32,000 bases of DNA, from the NCBI RefSeq assembly GCF_000009705.1, contig NC_003276.1:300001-332000 (forward strand), written 5' to 3'. Below are positions 14,000 through 24,600 of the stretch, piece by piece (positions within the stretch are counted from its first letter, which is position 1; every line of letters begins with the position of its first letter). The translations under genes were made by a program, and so were the position numbers. The notes below the pieces were generated by a model, which had not been told where the DNA came from, searched no databases, and saw nothing but the letters and a program-made list of their open reading frames with translations. Origin of the DNA: Nostoc sp. PCC 7120 = FACHB-418. Lineage in GTDB: Bacteria > Cyanobacteriota > Cyanobacteriia > Cyanobacteriales > Nostocaceae.

Positions 14000-14783
14000 T
14001 TTTTTTTTTCAATTCCTTTTTTGCATTTCTATCCGCCTCATATATGGGTTTAATTGCTTCTTTCAGGTAATGGTAATGACATAAACCATGAGCAATTTTA
14101 GGTAATGCTAACCCAACAGCTTTACGAATTGATTGTTGTCCATCACTAACAACTCCATCAATTGGTACATCCAGTGTATTAGCCACTTCTAATAATAACG
14201 CTACTAAATCTTCATTCCTTGATGATAATAAAGTTTTAGCAAGTAAAATTTCTCCTGATAGACAATCTCGAATTACCCATAATACCTCATGTCCAATTTC
14301 TGGCTGCATCCCATCAATGGCTAATATCACCCGTCCTTGATTAGCCACTATTGCTTTTAATCTTTTATGGTCTTTTAGCCATAAAGAAAGTAACTCGTCA
14401 TATCTGTCAATTAAGTGTGTGACCGTTCGTTTACTTATACATATACCTTTTAATTCAAGGTGAGTATGTATTTGAGGAACACTTCTATGTTCCTGGTAGC
14501 GTAATGCTCCTATATAAGCAATCACATCCAAACCAAATTCGTTCTGTGGTAGAGCGAGTGACCCTTCTTGCTCTGGTCGATATGCTTTTTTATACCGCAT
14601 ACATGACTTATTTTGACATCGCCGAATTTTTAGCTGTAGTTCTACTACCCCATTTAGCGTTCTTATATGTCGAGGATTATTGTATTCATTCCACATTGCT
14701 TGACCACACGAAGGGCATTTTTTTTGAACACAATCGAGTACTTCAAACGATGTTGCTTCTGGTTTTAAACTTTTTCTTACCAA
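13995..14783 (-). CDS. transposase, N-terminal part (zinc-finger and first half of the DDE domain)
   Basis: 262 aa with a TTG start. Contains CPSCG...C..KSC zinc-finger-like pairs, then LAIDGMQPE and VVSDGQQS Asp motifs. Ends in KKKS* inside an A10 run. Confidence 0.75.
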   Translation of the reverse strand: MVRKSLKPEATSFEVLDCVQKKCPSCGQAMWNEYNNPRHIRTLNGVVELQLKIRRCQNKSCMRYKKAYRPEQEGSLALPQNEFGLDVIAYIGALRYQEHRSVPQIHTHLELKGICISKRTVTHLIDRYDELLSLWLKDHKRLKAIVANQGRVILAIDGMQPEIGHEVLWVIRDCLSGEILLAKTLLSSRNEDLVALLLEVANTLDVPIDGVVSDGQQSIRKAVGLALPKIAHGLCHYHYLKEAIKPIYEADRNAKKELKKKS

Positions 14784-14835
14784 GTTTTTGTACCATTATT
14801 TCGTTACAAGCTCAAGATTACAGGATCTCTGCTCC

Positions 14836-14860
14836 TCTCTAGTAAGTTTTGCCACGCTAG
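14836..14860. repeat. IS terminal inverted repeat (right in window)
   Basis: tctctagtaagttttgccacgctag. Confidence 0.9.
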
Positions 14861-14868
14861 GTTAATTT
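14861..14868. repeat. target-site duplication, right copy (gttaattt)
   Basis: See 13176-13183. Confidence 0.85.
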
Positions 14869-14982
14869 CTCTAACATTGAGCGATTTGAGATTACTGGCA
14901 CGGCAGCCAATGATAACATTCGCACAGGTGATGGTAATGACACCATTGTTGGTGGTGCAGGTAATGACAGCATAAGTGCAGG
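14869..14982 (+). repeat. direct repeat R1, right part (paralog of 15534-15647)
   Basis: 5 substitutions over ~114 nt. Confidence 0.9.
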
Positions 14983-15331
14983 GAATGGGAACAACAACAT
15001 CACAGGTAGTGATGGTAACGACACTATTACTAGTGGTAGCGGCAACGATACCATTGCGGGTGGTTTAGGAAATGACACTATCACCGCAGGAACAGGCATC
15101 AATATCATTGATGGCGGAGAGGGAACAGATACCTTAGTTGATGGCAACTTCAGTACACTAACTACGGCTATCAATGTCGATGATATAGGTATAACTCAAA
15201 CTGCCATCACCTTAGCAGATGGTACAAGTGTCACCAACATTGAACTGTTTACCAATTTAACCACTGGCAGTGGCAACGATGTCATCAGCTTTACCCAGCG
15301 CAACAATAACACGATTAATACTGGGAGTGGA

Positions 15332-15647
15332 GACGACACAATTAACGCAGGATTAGGAAGCGATAGTGTAGATGGTGGTGCAGGGAATGTGACCTGTTAA
15401 TCGTCGATTATTCCAGTAACACTTATACTGGTTCAAGTTCCGGCATATCGAGTTCGGCATCCAGCAATGGCGCAGGGGGATTTAACGGTTATTATCAAGC
15501 CTACAATGGCTCTAGTTACGATACAGTTAATTTCTCTAACATCGAGCGGTTTGAGATTACTGGCACGGCAGCTAATGATAACATTCGCACAGGTGATGGT
15601 AATGACACCATTGTTGGTGGTGCAGGCAATGACAGCATAAGCGCAGG
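15332..15647 (+). repeat. direct repeat R2 (uninterrupted paralog of R1)
   Basis: Matches 12984-13183 plus 14869-14982. Contains the intact IS target sequence. Confidence 0.9.
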
Positions 15648-15699
15648 TGGTGGAAGCGATCGCCTGATTGGTGTAGCTCAAAACGCTGTCAACCCAGGA

Positions 15700-18600
15700 T
15701 TGGGAGAAATTGACATCCTCCAAGGTGGTGCAGGTGGAGACATTTATGTTATCGGTAATGCAGCTACTACTTTCTATGATGATGGCAACACTACCACCGC
15801 AGGGACAACAGATTACGCTCGGATTGTTGGCTTTAATGCTAGCGAAGATATCATCCAACTAACAGGCCCAAAAAGTAACTACATCCTGGGGACATCTCCC
15901 ATCAATGGCATCACTGGCACGGCAATTTACATTAACAAACCCACTGGCGAACCCGATGAACTCATCGCCATTATTGAAGGAGTTACAGAATTAAACCTGA
16001 ATTCCAACGTTTTCATCGAAGCGCAAAACGAATCAGGTTTACTTTCTTTTAGTCAGGCTACTTTTAGCACTCCTGAAAGTAACAACGCCACCATTACAAT
16101 TACCCGTGAACAGGGGACTGTTGGTACAGTTAGTGTAACTTTGGCTCTGACTAACGGTACAGCTACAGCTCCTAGTGATTACGACAACTCTAACATTATC
16201 GTTAACTTTGCTGATGGCGAAATAAGTAAAACCGTTACTATCCCCATCGTTAACGATACTATTTTTGAACCAAACGAGATTGTCAATCTTACCCTGATTA
16301 ACCCCACTGGTGGTGCATCTTTGGGAACTCAGAGAACAGCGACTTTAACTATTGTTGATAACGATGCTCGTCCTGGTGCGATCGCCTTTAGTGCAGCTAA
16401 CTACAGTGTTAATGAAAATGGTACACCTGTCACAGCAATCACTATTAACCGGACTGGTGGTAGTGATGGTGCAGTTAGTGTTACCTTAACTCCTAGTAAC
16501 GGTACAGCAGTAGCACCTAGTGACTTTAATAGCAACCCAATTATAGTTAACTTTGCTAACGGAGAAACTACTAAAATAGTTGCCATTCCTATAGTTAATG
16601 ACACTGTTTCTGAACCAAATGAAACAATTAATTTAACCCTCAGTAATGCCACAGATGGAGCAACCATTGGCGCACAAAATACTGCCGTATTAACAATTAT
16701 TGATAACGATCCTTTGCCTGGAACTCTTGCGTTCAGTAGTTCCAGCTACAGCACCAATGAAGACGGTACACCTGTTGCGGCTGTGACTATTACCCGGACA
16801 GGCGGTGCAAGCGGCGCAGTTAGCGTTACTCTGACACCTACTAATGGAAGTGCGATCGCCCCCGATGACTACAGTAACACTCCCATTACAGTTAACTTTG
16901 CCAATGGAGAAACTAGTAAAACTGTTAATTTAACTCAGGTAAGTAAAGCTTTATCTTTTGATGGGGTTAATGATTATGTCAATGTAGGAGCAAAATCAGG
17001 TTTAGAAGTTTCTACAGATATAACGATTGAAGCATGGATTAATCCTACTGGTAGTGGAAGCAGTACTATTGAAGGTGGAATTATTGTTAATAAGGAAGGA
17101 GAATATGAAGTAGCTCGTTTTTCTGATGGCACTATTCGATGGGCATTTGCGAATAATAACCCCACTTGGCTATGGATTAATACGAGTTATGTTGCTCCCT
17201 TAAATCAATGGACTCATATTGCTGTAACTTATGAATTAGGAGTAATTAAAACCTATTCTAACGGTGTTTTAGTTCATACCTATAATGGTTCAGGAAATAT
17301 AGGAGATTTTCACGCTAATGAAGATGATTTTCGGATTGGTGGTAGACAGATAGGAAACCAATTATTCCAAGGCTCAATTGATGATGTTCGTATCTGGAAT
17401 AAAGCTAGAACTCAAGCCGAAATACAAGCAGATTTGATTCGTGAATTAACAGGCAAAGAAACTGGCTTAATTGGTTATTGGAATTTTAATTCAATTAATG
17501 GTACTACAGTTCAAGATTTAACTGGCAATCAAAATAATGGGGCAGTTCTTGAAGCACAAAATGTAATAGGTATTGTTACAACCTCACTAATAACAGATGA
17601 CAGTATTTATGAACCCACAGAAACCATTAATCTAACCTTAACTAATCCTACTAACGGAGCAAATTTAGGTACACAAAAAACAGCAACTCTAAATATTGTT
17701 GATAATGATGCTGTAGCAGGAATTTTTCAGTTTAACAACGTCAGCTATGCGATTAATGAAAATGGTACACTTGTAACTGCTGTAACTTTAAACCGCACAG
17801 GGGAGAGTGATGGTGCAGTTAGTGTCACAGTTAACTTAAGTAATGGTAGTGCGATCGCCTCTGTTGACTACGATAATACCCCAATCACTGTCAACTTTGC
17901 CAATGGCGAAACGAGTAAAATTGTCACCATTCCCATAGTTAACGACAATCAATTTGAACCCAATGAAACCATCAATTTAAGTCTGTCTAATCCCACAGGT
18001 GGTGCAACTGTAGGAACTCAAAATACAGCCATACTAACCATTGTTAATGACGATTTACCTCAACCTGGCACGATTAACTTTAACATTAACAATTACACCG
18101 TTAACGAAAACGGTACAGCCAGTATTAACCTAGTTCGCACAGGGGGAAGCGATGGAGAAGTTAGTGTTACTTTAACACCATCAGACGGTACAGCAACAGC
18201 CGGAAGTGACTACAATAATTTACCTATCACCGTTACCTTTGCCAACGGAGAAACCAGTAAAACAATTAACTTAATATCGCAAAATCAGGGGCTATTTTTT
18301 GATGGCAATGATTATGTAGATAATCCTGCAAATTTCTCAGAGACTAAAGACACCTTCACAATAGAATTGTGGGCTAATCCTACTGCAACTAGAGCTTCCA
18401 CTCCCGAAACGAGTTCTGGTGTTAATGCCTTTTTTAATCAAAAATATGCAATTTTTCCGAAACAGGGTTTAGGAACTCTAGGAACCAGTAATGATGTTTA
18501 CGCTGGAATTTCTATTGGTACAAATGGAGTAACTATCTCTGAACACACACTTAACTATATGCCATCTGTATTAGTGTATAACACTGCATTGTCAGGATGG

Positions 18601-21600
18601 AATCATATAGCATTAGTTTATGAGAATAAAACTCCAAAATTATATATTAATGGTCAATTTATTAAAGCAGGCTTAACAAGCCAGTATATTGTTCATCCAA
18701 GTAGTCTATTCGGTGGTACTTCTATTCGACAAGAGGATTGGTCTTTTAAAGGTTCTATAGATGATGTTCGTATTTGGCATAAAGCTCGAACTGAAGAAGA
18801 GATAAAAGCAGGCTTGAATCGTGAATTAACAGGAAATGAAAGCGGATTAATCGGTTATTGGAACTTTAATTCAATTAATGGAAATATAGTTCAAGATTTA
18901 AGCACGAATAAGAATAATGGTACATTTTTTGGCGCACAAAGTACGGCAGGTTTTTCAACATCATTTATTATTAATGATAATATTTATGAGCCTATAGAAA
19001 CAGTTAATTTAACATTAACTAATCCAACTGGTGGCGCAACACTCGGAACACAAAAAACAGCCAACTTAAATATTGTTGATAATGATGCCATTGCTGGAAC
19101 TATTCAATTTAGTAACGCTAACTATGCGGTTAATGAAAATGGTACGGCTGTAAATGCTGTAACTTTAAATCGCACAAACGGAAGTGATGGAGTAGTTAGC
19201 GTCAGAATTAACTTAACTAATGGCACTGCCACAGCAGGAAGTGACTACAATAATAGTCCTATTACAGTTAACTTTGCCGACGGCGAAAACAGCAAAACTG
19301 TCACCATACCCATCATTGATGACAGTATTTTAGAAAGCAATGAAAGCATCAATTTAACTCTGGCTAATCCCACCAACGGTGCAACAATCGGTACACAAAA
19401 TAGTGCAGTTGTCAATATCATCGACAATGATTTGAAACCGACATTAACCGTTAATATTACAGCCGAGCAACTTACCGAAGGTAACACCATTCAGGGAACA
19501 GTCACTCGCAACACCGACACCACAGAACCCCTGACTGTTACCTTAGTTAATAGCGATAATACTCAAATTACCGTACCGACAACAGTCACAATTCCGGCGG
19601 GAGCAAATTCGGTTAACTTTAGTATTACGGCTGTTGATGATAACTTAATTGAACTGCCGAGAAATTACAGTATCATTGCCTCAGCACCGGGATTTATTAG
19701 CGGTTCAGATAGCGTTGGTGTCATTGATAATGATGCAGTCACCTTAAGTTTAACCGTTGATACTACTAATATTAACGAGAATGGCGGTAAAGCGATCGCT
19801 ACCATCACCCGTAACATCGTCACAGATATCCCCTTAGTAGTTCAACTTTCTACCAGCGACACCACAGAAGCCACCGTCCCCGCTACAGTCACCATCGCCG
19901 CCAATCAAGCATCTGCTACCTTTGAAATTCAAGGCGTTGATGACACCATTGTTGATGGAACACAAGCTGTAATTATTACGGCTAGACCAATCTATACAAA
20001 CACCAATGTAGCCGTACCAACAGGAAATGCAACTGCTAATTTGAATGTCGTTGATAATGAAAGTCCCAGTTTAAAATTAACCATAGACAGGGATTTAATC
20101 TCAGAAACAGGAACAGCAACTGCAATAATTACTCGCAATACTAATACAGATAGTGCGTTAGTTGTCACCCTTAATTCTAGCGATACAACAGAAGCAACAG
20201 TTCCCAACACAGTCACAATTGCGGCGGGACAAACTTCAGCAACATTTACAATTACTGGAGTTAGTGATGGAATTAATGATAGCAGTCAAAATGTCACGAT
20301 TACTGCTGCCGCCAATGGGTTAAATAGTGGTACAGATAGCTTAGAAATAACTGATATCAATGTACCCGATTTAACCATTACTAATTTACAAGGAATTCAA
20401 CCCACCTATACAGGCAAACAATCTCAATTTACTTACACAGTTGCTAATAATGGAATTATTGCTGCATCGGGAAGCTGGAAAGACAGAGTGTATCTATCTA
20501 GAGATAATAAACTCGATGCCAGCGATACATTATTAGGTGGATTTGCTTTAGGAAGTGCAGAAAATCCTGCTAATTTATTATCAGGAACATCCTATGACCG
20601 CACCGTTACTTACTTTGCACCGCGCACACCTGGACAATATTATTTAATTGCTAGCACTGACACTGATAATACAGTGAATGAAGGCGTAGGAATTGGGGAG
20701 AATAACAATACCACAATTACGCCTGTGACAGTGACTCCAGCTTATCGGGCAATTGTTTCCACAGATACCGAGACAGCTTTAGCTGGAAATTCTGTAATTT
20801 TGCGCGGACAAGCTATTAGTAATAGTGATAATTCTCCCGTGGCGTTTGAATTTGTCAAAGTCAGGGTAGAAAATAAAGGGACAATTCGAGAATTTGACTC
20901 ATTTACCGATGCAAACGGTAACTTTGTTAGACAGTTTAATCCCCTCCCAGGTGAAGCGGGGACTTACAACATTAACGCTTATTTCCCTGCTTTTGCTGCG
21001 GAAGATAACGCCGCCGAAGACCAATTTACCTTATTAGGAATGCGGTTTGAGCAGAATGACCAATTCTTGCAGCAGGTAACGCAAAAAATAGTTGAAGGGA
21101 CAACCTTTAACGGACAAGTTAAACTGCAAAACCTGAGTAATGTAGGCTTATCAGGACTAACTGCAAGTATTATTGATGCGCCGAGTAATTGGATTGTAGA
21201 AGTTACACCACAAAAAACCAGCCTCGCCGGAAACGAAGAAATTACCGTTAACTACAACATCACCGTTCCTGATGACAGTTTACTCTACGACCAATTACAA
21301 ATTCGCCTCAATACTACCGAAGGAGTCACCGCTACTTTACCTGTAACGGTGAATGTCGAGCAAATTTTACCGCGTTTAGTGGCTGATACCAGCAGTTTAC
21401 AAGCCAGTATGCTGCGTGGAGGACAAACATTAGTTGAGTTTACTGTCACCAACCAAGGGGGAATTGCTTCTGGGGAATTAGATGTATTGCTTCCTGAAGC
21501 GTCTTGGTTAAAGTTAGCGTCTCCAGTGGAAATACCTACCCTAAACCCAGGGGAGTCAACAAAAGTTTCTCTGTTATTACAACCATCTGCTACGCAGGAA

Positions 21601-24600
21601 TTAACAGTTTATAACGGCGATTTAGTAATTGCAGGTGCGGAGACATCGTTAAGATTACCGTTTAATTTCCGTGCGGTTTCAGAAGCAAAAGGGAATCTAA
21701 ATATTAATGTAGTTGATGAATTATTCTTCTTTGCTGAAGGTTCGCCCAGGTTAGAAAATGCCACAATTACGCTTATAGACCCTTTTAACGGTAAAGTTAT
21801 CTTTTCTCAGAGAGATGCAGACGGTATTTTATCCTTCACAGATTTAGTAGAGGGGTATTACACACTCAGAATTAATGCAGATAATCACGATTCTTATCAG
21901 CAAAATATCTATATTGGTGCTGGAGAAACAGAAAATATTCAAGCGTTCTTGTCTAGGCAAACGGTTAAGTATACTTGGACAGTAACTCCGACAGAGATTG
22001 AAGACCGTTATACAATTAGTGTTCAATCAACCTTTGAAACCGATGTTCCCATTCCAGTTGTTACCATTAATCCACCTTTAATTGATTTAAAAGATTTACA
22101 GGTAATTGGTCAAATCATGCAAATTGATATGACTGTGACTAATCATGGGTTAATTGCTGCCAATGATATTAAATTGAATTTTGGTAGTCATCCTTTCTAT
22201 AAAATTGAGCCTTTAATTAATGATGTAGATATTTTATCAGCTAAAAGTTTTCTAACTGTTCCAATAAGAATTACAAGAATTGCTGATTTTGATACATTGC
22301 CTAATGGTCAGAGTGAATTAAGTCTTGCTTCTACGCCTCAAGTTCCTTGTTCAATTTCTAGTTCTATCATTTATTCCTATCCCTGTGGTGATATTGATGT
22401 CCAAAGATCCACAACAATTGTAATTAATAATGTAGAAGGCAATTGTGGCGGTGGTTTACCTAGTATTGGTATTGGTGGTGGCGGTGCTGGCGGTGCTGGC
22501 GGTGCTGGCGGTGGTGTGTTTGTTTATTCCTCCACTCCTATCATTTATGCTAGCAATCCTTGTAATACAGATCCAGATAATCCACCTAATGAACCAGACT
22601 GTAATTATCCGGATATGCTCGATACTTTTTCAGATAAGTACGATGATAAAAGAGGAACAGCAACTGCTGGATATCATCATCAGGTTCTTTGTATTGCTGA
22701 AAAAGCAGCAGGAAACAACTGGGGTCAAGGATTCGTTAAAAAGATTCTTTGTCAAATGGCAAACGATCTAAAAAACGGTCGAGGCAGCACAAGAGAACTT
22801 GACTATCTTACCGATTTGATTCCTCCTTGGATACCTGTTTCTAGTCCTGGTGTACCAACAACTGGTGATATTGGTTCTCTTGGTGCAGGAGGTTTTCACT
22901 TTATTAGAGATTTACTTCCAGGATTTACTAGAGCAATTTGTAATGGATCATATAATCGGTCTGAGCATGAGGGGTTTTTTAATCAGGGTGTTGTTCCTTG
23001 CTTTAATGAGGTTGCTGCATCTGGAGAAATGAGTCAGTTTGCCGCCGATATAGCGCAACGAGTAGTTCCTGATGGTGCAGACTTAATGGTAACTTATTTG
23101 ACGGCTCGAAAGGATGACGGAACTCTTAATTGTAGTGGATTTGGCTCTCAATCTTTGATTGCAGAGACTTCGCCAAACTTGCTCCCTCAAAACTATCAAC
23201 AAATTCAGCCTTCTTCTTTAACAAAAGATCAACTATTTTCTGAAGAACTTGCATCATCTTCTGTTTTAAAAATCGAAATTGATGATTTATTTTTCTTGTC
23301 AGTTGGAGAACAGTTTCAACTTAAAGTAAGCAAAAATAACCTAGATGGTACTATTTCTGATTTAACTTCTTCTCTAACTGGAACTCAGTATTTTGTTGTT
23401 GCTGATAATCAAATTTCTCAAATTTCCACCGATGGATTATTGTCTATTCTGAGCAGTTCTTTTCCTCTTGTTCAATTTACTCCTATCCTTTATGTAATTG
23501 CTCGAAATGGAGATGATTTTGGTATTGGACAATTTGCTATTCAAGACAGTGATAATGACGGTGATGGACTAGCTGATTCTTATGAACGTAAAATTGGTCT
23601 AGACTCAAACGTCTCTAATAATAAAAATTCAGATTTAGATGGAGATCGATTGAATGATTTTTATGAAGCCTTAATTTATTCAAATCCATTAGTTAAAGAC
23701 ACTGATGGTGATGGCGTTGATGATGGAATTGAAGAACAAAATGGTCGAGATCCTAATAATCCCGACCCAAAAGATAATACACAAGGCGTTTGCGCTCAAG
23801 TCAAAATTCAAATAGATCAAGAAGCGGTAATGACTCGTGCTGCCTTCCTTGGTACACTTGAAATCGACAACGGCAATATTAGCAACCTTGAAAACCTCTC
23901 TGTTACTCTCCAAGTCAAAGATGCACAAGGCAACATTGTAAATGACTTATTCGGCATTACCAACCCCGTCCTCAAAAATATCACCGCCGTTGACGGTACA
24001 GGTATCCTCATCAAAGATGACCCGACAACTACCGTAGATGAAGGTATCGGTTCCGCCCAATGGACATTCATCCCCACCAACCTCGCAGCACCAGAAACCG
24101 CAACTCAATACAGCATCGGCGGAACCCTCTCCTACAAAGAAAACGGAACAACAGTAACAGTTCCCCTGCTTTCCACCCCCATCACCGTATACCCCCAAGC
24201 AGAACTGTACCTTGACTATTTCCATCAACGCGATGTCTTTGCTGATGACCCATTCACCAATGATATTATTGAAACCTCCGTTCCTTACTCGCTAGCAGTA
24301 TTAGTGAGAAACGAAGGTAAAGGTGAAGCGAAAAACTTAAAAATTACCTCTGGTCAACCCAAGATAGTTGACAACGAAAAAGGTCTACTCATAGACTTCC
24401 AAATTATCGGCTCAGAAGTCAACGGAACTGGTGTTAGTCCTTCTTTAACCGTCAACTTTGGTAATATTGCTGCTGGACAAACAGCCGTTGCTGACTGGTT
24501 ACTGAAATCATCCCTGCAAGGTAAGTTCATCGACTACAAAGCGACATTTGAACATATTAATAATCTTGGTAAGGCTGAACTTTCCTTAATTAAGGATGTC

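Larger units (their letters stand above)
13184..14860 (-). mobile_element. insertion sequence, 1677 bp, DDE-type transposase split into two ORFs; family unresolved
   Basis: Perfect 25-bp terminal inverted repeats, an 8/9-bp TSD, and a transposase-like coding region on the minus strand. Inserted inside an RTX gene. Confidence 0.88.
14861..15400 (+). pseudogene. middle fragment of the giant RTX gene (open frame with no start codon, so absent from the ORF track)
   Basis: Hand translation: VNFSNIERFEITGTAANDNIRTGDGNDTIVGGAGNDSISAGNGNNNITGSDGNDTI...GAGNVTC*. In frame with 12381..13183. Ends at the TAA at 15398-15400, which is created by a 2-nt indel. Confidence 0.8.

Noticed and set aside
14504-14842. 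112-aa plus-strand ORF, and 13523..13729(+), inside the IS.
   Set aside because: They are antisense to the transposase coding region, and the transposase frames carry the Zn-finger and DDE-like motifs.
14857-15858. Minus-strand ORFs 14857..15174 (P/S/L/V-rich) and 15433..15858.
   Set aside because: They are classic antisense translations of GGxGxD repeat DNA. The + frame encodes uninterrupted RTX repeats continuous with the flanking gene fragments.
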